From positions 1 to 25,085 of IMG/VR virus record IMGVR_UViG_3300042352_000057: DNA of 25,085 nt. One strand, 5' to 3'. The notes beneath the pieces were generated by a model. The model ran no database searches. It saw nothing but the letters and a program-made list of their open reading frames with translations, and was not told the DNA's origin. The DNA is from a virus (Duplodnaviria > Caudoviricetes). The position numbers and the translations under genes were made by a program. This document shows, one piece after another, positions 9,284-16,984 of this stretch; position 1 is the stretch's first letter, and each line of letters starts with the position of its first letter.

Positions 9284-9574
9284 ATGATACTAACAACAAT
9301 ACAAAATAAAAACTTATTTGGAAAAACAATTAATGTTGTTTTAACCAATATTCTGAGTTACGATTTAGGAAAGGATGATTGTAGATTAAGATATGAATTA
9401 AGATTCAGAGACCCGAATAGAGAATCTGATGCAGTTCCTGATACTATTATAAATAGTGGAATATGGGATGTACCAACCAATGTATTAAATGCATGGAGTG
9501 GTAGCAATACTTATTTGGCTGAAAAGATGTGTGATGAATTTGAATTAGTAGTAATTAATCACACATTATCATAA
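9284..9574 (+). CDS. Hypothetical protein (96 aa; start moved from 9251 to ATG 9284)
   Basis: The track start is a TTG overlapping the previous gene; in-frame ATG at 9284 (MILTTIQNK) follows the ATATTTATA motif at 9271-9279. Confidence 0.65.
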   Translation: MILTTIQNKNLFGKTINVVLTNILSYDLGKDDCRLRYELRFRDPNRESDAVPDTIINSGIWDVPTNVLNAWSGSNTYLAEKMCDEFELVVINHTLS

Positions 9575-9610
9575 TTTTGAAAAAATAAATATTTATTAAA
9601 AAGAAATACT

Positions 9611-10009
9611 ATGGCATTAACATACGAGTGGAAAATAACTCAAATTAAAAAAACAACCAATGATAGTGTAGATAACGCTATAATTGGTACTAGATGGGAA
9701 GTTAAAGGAATAGATGAAAATGGAAACGATGGTTTATTTACTGGAGCAACTCCGTTTACATTAGACCAAATTAATCCTGATAATTTTGTACCATACAATG
9801 AATTGACAGAAGAAATTGTATTGGATTGGATTAAAGGATATGTAAGTGGCTCAAATAGAGCAACTAACTATTGGGACCATATATCAGATAGAATCAACAC
9901 ACAAATAAAAGAAAAAACATCTATTATTAGTAGCGTTGAGGCAGTTAATTTACCTTGGTCACCTACATCAGGTTCATCGATAGAACCTACTGGTTCTTTA
10001 GTGGTTTAA
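9611..10009 (+). CDS. Conserved small phage protein (132 aa), tail-fibre-neighbour type
   Basis: MALTYEWKITQI...NFVPYNELTEEIVLDWIK...LPW pattern resembles a widespread uncharacterised family next to fibre genes in aquatic phages (from recall). Confidence 0.7.
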   Translation: MALTYEWKITQIKKTTNDSVDNAIIGTRWEVKGIDENGNDGLFTGATPFTLDQINPDNFVPYNELTEEIVLDWIKGYVSGSNRATNYWDHISDRINTQIKEKTSIISSVEAVNLPWSPTSGSSIEPTGSLVV

Positions 10010-10026
10010 TTAAAAATATTAACTTT

Positions 10027-10075
10027 AAATGTCCAAAGTGCAGATTTATAAACAAATTTGTGTTTTGGACATTTT
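10027..10075 (+). terminator. Long RNA hairpin, probable intrinsic terminator or processing site
   Basis: AAATGTCCAAAGTGCAGATTT (10027-10047) pairs fully with AAATTTGTGTTTTGGACATTT (10054-10074), 21 bp including 4 G-U; T-rich 3' side. Confidence 0.7.
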
Positions 10076-10147
10076 CTTTATATTTATATAAGTAATTATA
10101 TTGGATTTTCTTAATTACAAACTTAAAATACAAATTCGAAAAATAAA

Positions 10148-12466
10148 ATGGCAGAAAGAATCGTATCACCCGGCGTATTCACAAGAGAAAATGACCTTTC
10201 CTTCCTAGCGCAAGGAGTAGGCGAGATTGGAGCAGCATTTATAGGACCTTTTAAGCAAGGACCTGCATTTGTTCCAACTATTGTTAGAACGCAATCAGAA
10301 TTCGAAGATATCTTCGGAACTCCTGATGGAACTTATTATACTGAATATGCAGTACAAAACTATTTAAGAGAAGCTGGAAGTGCTACCATCGTAAGAGTTG
10401 GTGGTATTGGTGGTTATACTCAAAATTTACCTGTTGGTATATTTGCATCTGGTGGTTTGGTTGGACAAAAACTTATTGGAGTTTTATATTCAACTGAAAC
10501 TGGTGATGAGGCTGTAGGATTCAGAACACCAACTGTAACAGGTGCAGGACCTGGATTTGCATCTGGTTCATTTGTAGTATCTTCTTCATTTGGATTTGTA
10601 TCAGCATCTATTTTAGAAACTGCTACTAACGATGTAGTAGATACATTTGGTTCTTCTCCATTCGGAGCTAAAACAGCATATACTTACGCTTATTTTAAAA
10701 ATATAGCAACAACTAATTACACTAACGCTGCGATGGGGCTTGAAGGTGGTACATTTGTATCAGCATCGGCATTACCTCCACAAATTTATAGTGATATTAG
10801 TTCTGCAGAAACTCCATATGTTAAATCTCAAAAAGATAATAACAATGTTAGATATGATTTATTTAAGTTTGTAACTTTAGGACATGGTACTCCATATAAT
10901 ACTAAATTCAAAATTGGTATTTCAAACGTAAAGGCAGCTGGTGAAGATGGAGCAACTGATTATTCTGTATTCACTGTAACTGTAAGAGGATATAGTGATA
11001 CTGATAAGAGAAAGAGTGTTGTAGAAACATTTAATAATGTAAACTTAGACCCTGCTTCTCCTAACTATATAGCTAGAAGAATTGGTGATAGATGGAATAC
11101 GATTGATAACAATGGTAAGATAACTGAAAATGGAGATTACTCAAACAAATCAAAATATGTAAGAGTAGTAATAGCTGAGGCAGGTTCATTCCCGATTTCA
11201 TCAGCACCATTTGGACATGGAGCATATACAAACCCAATAGTAACAAATGTAGCAGATACAACTAAAGTACCTGCGGTAGTTTACCAAACTGGTTCGGCAA
11301 ATAACACATCATCATCTCCTATATATTATTCTGGATTTGATTTTGAGACTGTTGGTGCATCCGATGATAACAAACAATACTTAAAACCAATTCCTGTTGG
11401 AGCATTGGTTGGAGCAAACGTTGATTTCGCATTTGATTCTCAATTATCATATGTAATGACAGGTTCGGCAGCAACTGATATGGTTAAAAGACAATTTTTA
11501 TTAGGATTCCAATATGGATTTGATGGTAACGCACCAACTGTAAAAATTAACTTAGGTACATCTATAACTGGAGCAAATACGCAAGGATTTAACTGTTCAA
11601 ATAACTCAACTAATGGTTCAATTGCATATACAAAAGCAATTAACGCTGTATCAAATGCAGATGAATACGATATTAACTTAGTTGTAACTCCTGGTATCAT
11701 TCGTTCTTTACACCCATCTATTACTACAAAAGTAATTGATATGGTTGAAGATAGACAAGATTGTTTCTACATCGCTGATTTTGTGGCAGCAACTGCAACA
11801 ATTACTGAAGCAACCGAAGAAGCAAATTCAGTAGATTCTAACTACGTTGGAACTTACTACCCTTGGGTTAAGACAGTTGATACTAATAGTAATAAATTAA
11901 TGAGTGTACCTCCATCAGTATTGATGCCGGCTGTATTCGCTGCAAACGATAGATTGGCAGCTGAATGGTTCGCACCTGCTGGTTTGAATAGAGGTGGTAT
12001 TAGTGGAGCAGTTTCAGTATTGAATAGATTAACACATTCTGAAAGAGATACTCTATATGAGAATAAAGTAAACCCAATCGCAGCATTCCCTGGACAAGGT
12101 ATTGTAGCATTCGGACAGAAGACATTGCAAGATAAGGCATCAGCTTTAGATAGAATCAATGTTAGAAGATTACTTATCACTCTTAAGAAGTTTATAGCAT
12201 CTACATCTCGTTTCTTAGTGTTCGAACAAAACACAGCAACAACTAGAGCAAGATTCTTAAACACTGTGAACCCTTACTTAGAGGCAGTTCAACAAAGACA
12301 AGGTTTATACGCATTTAGAGTTGTAATGGATGAATCAAACAATACACCTGATGTAATTGATAGAAACATATTAGCAGGACAAATTTTCTTACAACCGGCT
12401 AAGACAGCGGAATTTATCGTAATAGATTTCAACATCTTACCAACTGGAGCAAGTTTTAACGCATAA
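10148..12466 (+). CDS. Contractile tail sheath protein (T4 gp18-like)
   Basis: N-terminal SPGVFTRENDLS and GPFKQGPAFVPT; C-terminal YYPWV, PPS, WFAPAGLNRG, LYENKVNPI, GQKTLQ, DRINVRRL, QPAKTAEFI are sheath signatures. Confidence 0.97.
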   Translation: MAERIVSPGVFTRENDLSFLAQGVGEIGAAFIGPFKQGPAFVPTIVRTQSEFEDIFGTPDGTYYTEYAVQNYLREAGSATIVRVGGIGGYTQNLPVGIFASGGLVGQKLIGVLYSTETGDEAVGFRTPTVTGAGPGFASGSFVVSSSFGFVSASILETATNDVVDTFGSSPFGAKTAYTYAYFKNIATTNYTNAAMGLEGGTFVSASALPPQIYSDISSAETPYVKSQKDNNNVRYDLFKFVTLGHGTPYNTKFKIGISNVKAAGEDGATDYSVFTVTVRGYSDTDKRKSVVETFNNVNLDPASPNYIARRIGDRWNTIDNNGKITENGDYSNKSKYVRVVIAEAGSFPISSAPFGHGAYTNPIVTNVADTTKVPAVVYQTGSANNTSSSPIYYSGFDFETVGASDDNKQYLKPIPVGALVGANVDFAFDSQLSYVMTGSAATDMVKRQFLLGFQYGFDGNAPTVKINLGTSITGANTQGFNCSNNSTNGSIAYTKAINAVSNADEYDINLVVTPGIIRSLHPSITTKVIDMVEDRQDCFYIADFVAATATITEATEEANSVDSNYVGTYYPWVKTVDTNSNKLMSVPPSVLMPAVFAANDRLAAEWFAPAGLNRGGISGAVSVLNRLTHSERDTLYENKVNPIAAFPGQGIVAFGQKTLQDKASALDRINVRRLLITLKKFIASTSRFLVFEQNTATTRARFLNTVNPYLEAVQQRQGLYAFRVVMDESNNTPDVIDRNILAGQIFLQPAKTAEFIVIDFNILPTGASFNA

Positions 12467-12518
12467 TACGAAAATCAATAAAGTAGATATTTATTAATAC
12501 AAATAAAAGGAATAAAAA

Positions 12519-13007
12519 ATGGCAGAAATATTAGAGTTTGATAAGATGTTCTATACGAACTTCGAACCGAAGATGAAAAATAGATATGTGATGGAGATAG
12601 ATAATATCCCTTCATATCTTGTAAAGGCAGCAAATAGACCTACAATTCAATTTGAAACCGTAACTTTAGACCATATCAACGTAAAGAGAAAGTTGAAAGG
12701 TAAAGGTGAGTGGCAAGATATCACTATCACACTTTATGACCCAATCGTTCCTTCTGGAGCACAAGCGGTAATGGAGTGGATTCGTTTAGGACATGAATCA
12801 ATTACTGGTAGAGATGGATACGCTGATTTCTATAAGAAAGATGTTGATTTCTATTTATTAGGACCAGTTGGTGATAAGATTGAACAATGGAAATTGAAAG
12901 GTGCATTTATCTCTCAAGCAAACTTTGGAGATTTATCATTCGATTCAAATGAAGTTGCAACAATCGAATTAACACTATCTTATGATTACGCAATCTTAGA
13001 ATTCTAA
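12519..13007 (+). CDS. Tail tube protein (T4 gp19-like)
   Basis: 162 aa directly after sheath; EPKMKNRY, RPTI, WQDITITLYDPI, W.LKGAF, IELTLSYDYA motifs. Confidence 0.92.
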   Translation: MAEILEFDKMFYTNFEPKMKNRYVMEIDNIPSYLVKAANRPTIQFETVTLDHINVKRKLKGKGEWQDITITLYDPIVPSGAQAVMEWIRLGHESITGRDGYADFYKKDVDFYLLGPVGDKIEQWKLKGAFISQANFGDLSFDSNEVATIELTLSYDYAILEF

Positions 13008-13025
13008 TCTAAAAATAATAAAAAT

Positions 13026-13054
13026 AAGGGGATTTCAAAAGAATCCCCTTTTTT
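13026..13054 (+). terminator. Intrinsic terminator after tail tube
   Basis: AAGGGGATT-tcaaaag-AATCCCCTT followed by TTTT. Confidence 0.9.
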
Positions 13055-13113
13055 GTGCTTTCTATTTTTTTAATTTCTATGTATTTATATATACAAACAA
13101 AATAAACAACGTT

Positions 13114-13923
13114 ATGGCAGAAATGACAAATACAACTAAGGTGCAAATGCAAACCGCACCAAAACAAAATGATTTCCCAACCGAAACCATTGAATTACCA
13201 TCTCAAGGATTAGTATATCCTGAAGGACATCCATTAAGAAAGGGTACTTGTGAGATAAAGTATATGACAGCAAGAGAAGAAGATATTCTTGCATCCCAAA
13301 ACCTTATTAAAAAAGGTATTGTATTGGATAAGTTATTTGAATCGGTTGTGGTTGAACCAGGTGTAAATCCAAATGATATTTACATTGGTGATAAGAACGC
13401 TATCCTTTTAGCAACTCGTATTTTAGGATATGGCGCTGATTATGAGATAGAAATGACTGACCCTTTTACTTTAGAAAAGCAAGCAGTAACTATTGATTTG
13501 GGTAAAGTGCAAACAAAAGATATTGATACGGAAGTATTAAATTCTAATAATTCATATAAATTCATATTACCTTCAAGTGGTAAAGAAATTGAATTTAAAT
13601 TACTTACACATGGTGATGAGCAAGAGATAACAAAAGAAACTCAGGCTTTAGAAAAATTAAACAAAAACTCATCTACTCAATATGATGTAACAACTAGATT
13701 GAAGTATATGATTACATCTGTTGATGGTAATACTGATAGAGGATTTATCAATAGATGGGTATATAATGCATTCTTAGCAAAAGATACTAAGGCGTTTAGA
13801 AAGCATGTTAAGGAAATGAGTCCTGATATGGATTTGACATTCCAATTTACATCACAAATAACTGGTGAAACGGAGGCGCTTGATATACCCTTCGGGATTA
13901 ACTTTTTTTACCCTTCCGCTTGA
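13114..13923 (+). CDS. Tail assembly chaperone / T4 gp26-like baseplate hub assembly protein
   Basis: IELPSQG..Y, KYMTAREEDIL, GDKNAILLATRILGYG..Y, LPSSG..I.FKLLT motifs; position between tube and tape measure. Confidence 0.8.
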   Translation: MAEMTNTTKVQMQTAPKQNDFPTETIELPSQGLVYPEGHPLRKGTCEIKYMTAREEDILASQNLIKKGIVLDKLFESVVVEPGVNPNDIYIGDKNAILLATRILGYGADYEIEMTDPFTLEKQAVTIDLGKVQTKDIDTEVLNSNNSYKFILPSSGKEIEFKLLTHGDEQEITKETQALEKLNKNSSTQYDVTTRLKYMITSVDGNTDRGFINRWVYNAFLAKDTKAFRKHVKEMSPDMDLTFQFTSQITGETEALDIPFGINFFYPSA

Positions 13924-14113
13924 TTATAGAATACAATTACATTCGCAAATTTGGGAAATGGTTCAATTCAGTAATGGATTTACTTGGTCTGAAGTTTACC
14001 ATATGCCTGTATATTTGAGAAGGTTTTATTTCAATAAATTGGTTGAAATGAAGAAAAAAGAAGCTGAGGAATATAAAAAAGCTCAAAGTAAATCGAAAGT
14101 GAGGATGCGTTAA
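13865..14113 (+). CDS. Downstream chaperone frame (gpT/gpE'/gp51-like), probably expressed by frameshift from the upstream gene or from ATG 13958
   Basis: +1 frame overlapping the upstream 3' end across C-TTTTTTT-A (13902-13910); GFTWSEVYHMPVYLRRFYFNKL resembles the short C-terminal chaperone extension; true start uncertain. Confidence 0.7.
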   Translation: MKRRRLIYPSGLTFFTLPLDYRIQLHSQIWEMVQFSNGFTWSEVYHMPVYLRRFYFNKLVEMKKKEAEEYKKAQSKSKVRMR

Positions 14114-14126
14114 TCCTCACTTTTTT
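14096..14126 (+). terminator. Intrinsic terminator overlapping the stop codon at 14111-14113
   Basis: AAAGTGAGGAT-gcgtta-ATCCTCACTTT followed by TTT. Confidence 0.88.
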
Positions 14127-14163
14127 ATTATCCAATATTTATACAATATAAAAGGAGAAAACT

Positions 14164-14379
14164 ATGTCAAAACAAAAACAACCAATTAAAGAGGGTCTAT
14201 TCAGTTCAGCTAAAAAATTTACTGATGCATTTTTTGATGGATTAAAACAAAATGCAATAAATAAAGCATTAGACCAGGCAAAACAAAACAAATTTCCACC
14301 GGATGTAATTGATGCTATGGAAAGAATTGAAAAAGAAAGTGATACTCTTAATAAATTAATACAAAAGTATTCAAAATAA
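14164..14379 (+). CDS. Hypothetical protein (71 aa, helical)
   Basis: Intact ORF with upstream ATATTTATA (14135-14143) and an AGGAG; lies just before tape measure. Confidence 0.7.
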   Translation: MSKQKQPIKEGLFSSAKKFTDAFFDGLKQNAINKALDQAKQNKFPPDVIDAMERIEKESDTLNKLIQKYSK

Positions 14380-14387
14380 TTCTATAA

Positions 14388-16982
14388 ATGGCCGATTTAG
14401 AAAATAAAAAAGCAGCAGCCTTACTGAAAATATCAAACGCAGAAGCTGAGCATAATCGTTTGTTGGCAGAAGGTTTACGTCTAAATCGAGATATGACTGC
14501 AGCACTGAAGGAGCAGGAAAAAATAATATCAGATGCTGGAAAGGAAATTAAAAAAATAAATCAAGATAGACTAGATGGTCTTAAGAACGCTGAAAAGTCA
14601 GTAAGTAGTATAAGTGGTTTGTACCAAAATCTAAATAAATTTGAAAGAGATAGAATTAAAAATACTCTTACATCCAATACATTAACACTTGAACAAACTC
14701 AAGTATTAAATAAAATGGCTGATATCAATAGTGATATAGCACAATTAACATTGGATGATGTGGCGGGACATGCTGCATTGAAAAAAGAATATGATGATTT
14801 AAAAGGTACATTAGGCACTATAAGTGAAACAGATAAAGTTATTCTTGAAAATTTAGCAGACCAAAATAAAATGGCAGCTAGTCTTGGTAAAATGACTAAG
14901 GCTCAAAAAGATTTTTTAGGAAAGCAATTAGCTGTATATGATGGTATAAAAGATACAATAGGTGGTATATTAGAAACTGCAAGTTTATTAACATCTAATG
15001 TTAAGGGAGCTTTAGGAGCTGCAATACTTGGTGCTGGGTATGGTTTGGAGGCGTGGGGTAAGAGTGTTAGAAGTTTTGGAGGATACGTGGATTCAGCACA
15101 AATATCAACATTTGCTTTAGGTTTTGCATTTAAGGATGCAGAAGAAACTGCAAAGGGATTATCAAAAGAATTTGGTGGATTAAAAGATGTATCATTTAGT
15201 ACTCAGTTGAATGCCAATTTAATGGCAACTAATATGGGTATTAGTGGTGCTGAAGCTGCAAATGTAGTTGGTAACTTTGCAAGAATGAACGAAGGTTCTG
15301 CTTCAACTGCTATGGATATGGCAGCAGCTACAAAATCAATGGGTAAAGCGGCTGGTGTTCCAATTGATTCCTTAATGAAGGATGTAGCTGGTTCAACAAA
15401 AGCATTTGCTGAATATGGTAAAAATGGTGGATTAAATATATCTAAGGCAGCAGTAGCAGCAGCTAAGATGGGTGTTAGTATGGATTCAATGACGAAAGTA
15501 ACTGATTCCCTTTTAGATTTTGAAACATCTATTAATGCGGAGATGGAATTGGGTGCAATGCTTGGTAAAAATCTTAATTTAGATAGAGCAAGAGGTTTAG
15601 CATATGAGGGAGATATTAACGGAGCTGTAAAATCAACTTTGGATGAATTGGGTGGTATAGAAGCATTCAATAAAATGGATATCTTCCAAAAGAGAAAAGC
15701 GGCAGAGTTATTGGGATTATCAGTTGATGAATTCCAAAAAATGGCAACCAATGCAGATAAAATATCTGATATTGGTGAAGGTAGCAATTCTAAATGGAGC
15801 GCACTTTGGGAAGGAACTACTGCATTTGTAACAGGACCATTGGCTGGTGTTGCTAAAGGATTTGGTAGTAGTTTAATTGCAATTGGCCAAATGGGAACTG
15901 GATTAAGTGGGTTGGGAATTAATATGGGTGGTATTGTAAAATCATCGGCAGAGTTTGTAAAAAATATGGTTAAAGCGGCAGCTAGTAAAATTATGGGTAA
16001 AGGTGGTCCTGGTGATTCTGCATCTCAATTTGCTGGTGGTAGTTTTTCAAAAGGAAAAGAATTACTTGCACAAAGAAACGCAGCAGCTGCAGCTAAAACT
16101 CCATCTACTGCAACAACTCCAGCACCTGGTGGTGGGGGAGCTGACCAAGCTAATAAATTTGGAAAGATAAAAGCAGGTGATTTAATTAAAGGAGCAGCTG
16201 CATTATTAATATTAGCAGCAGCACTTTATGTATCTGCTAAAGCATTCCAAGAGTTTGCAACGGTTAAGTGGGAAGATGTTGGTAAGGGATTGGTTGGATT
16301 GGTTGGATTGGCTGGTATTGCATATGTATTATCAAAAGCAAGTGGTTCTATGATACAAGGAGCAATAGCAATAGCAATATTAGGCGCAGCATTGATACCA
16401 TTTGCATTTGCTATGAGTTTAATACAAGGATTAAATATAGATTCTGTATTAGCTGCAGCAGCTGGATTGGTTTTATTTGGTGTAGCAGCTGCTGGACTTG
16501 GTTTAATATTACCATTTGTATTAGCTGGTGCATTGGGTATAGCTGTTTTAGGTGCAGCATTGATAGTATTTGGAACTGGTATGAATTTAATAGGTAGTGG
16601 ATTTGGTGCAATATCCGCAACACTACCAGCTATAATGGAACAAATATCAGCAGTATCTCAAATAGATTACATGCCAATTTTAGGATTAGCAGGTGCATTA
16701 ACTATGTTAGCAGGTGCATTAGCATTGGTTGCTATTAGTGGTTTACTTGCACTTCCTGTTTTGATGGCATTGGGTGGATTATCTAGCTTATTTGGAGGTG
16801 GTGGAGAAGGTGGTGGTGAAGGTAAGACTGATAGTACGGCTCAATTGATTGAAGAAATAAAAGGTTTAAGAGCAGATTTAAATGCTGGTAAAATATCCGT
16901 TAATATGGATGGACAAAAAGTTACATCAAGAGTATCGGCAATAGTTGATAAGGGTAGTTCAAATTCATATGGTAAAAGATAA
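14388..16982 (+). CDS. Tail tape measure protein (864 aa)
   Basis: Ala/Gly-rich helical protein, N-terminal coiled coil, long hydrophobic segments at about 16190-16800, terminal V.MDGQKV motif; synteny tube-chaperone-TMP. Confidence 0.85.
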   Translation: MADLENKKAAALLKISNAEAEHNRLLAEGLRLNRDMTAALKEQEKIISDAGKEIKKINQDRLDGLKNAEKSVSSISGLYQNLNKFERDRIKNTLTSNTLTLEQTQVLNKMADINSDIAQLTLDDVAGHAALKKEYDDLKGTLGTISETDKVILENLADQNKMAASLGKMTKAQKDFLGKQLAVYDGIKDTIGGILETASLLTSNVKGALGAAILGAGYGLEAWGKSVRSFGGYVDSAQISTFALGFAFKDAEETAKGLSKEFGGLKDVSFSTQLNANLMATNMGISGAEAANVVGNFARMNEGSASTAMDMAAATKSMGKAAGVPIDSLMKDVAGSTKAFAEYGKNGGLNISKAAVAAAKMGVSMDSMTKVTDSLLDFETSINAEMELGAMLGKNLNLDRARGLAYEGDINGAVKSTLDELGGIEAFNKMDIFQKRKAAELLGLSVDEFQKMATNADKISDIGEGSNSKWSALWEGTTAFVTGPLAGVAKGFGSSLIAIGQMGTGLSGLGINMGGIVKSSAEFVKNMVKAAASKIMGKGGPGDSASQFAGGSFSKGKELLAQRNAAAAAKTPSTATTPAPGGGGADQANKFGKIKAGDLIKGAAALLILAAALYVSAKAFQEFATVKWEDVGKGLVGLVGLAGIAYVLSKASGSMIQGAIAIAILGAALIPFAFAMSLIQGLNIDSVLAAAAGLVLFGVAAAGLGLILPFVLAGALGIAVLGAALIVFGTGMNLIGSGFGAISATLPAIMEQISAVSQIDYMPILGLAGALTMLAGALALVAISGLLALPVLMALGGLSSLFGGGGEGGGEGKTDSTAQLIEEIKGLRADLNAGKISVNMDGQKVTSRVSAIVDKGSSNSYGKR

Positions 16983-16984
16983 CG

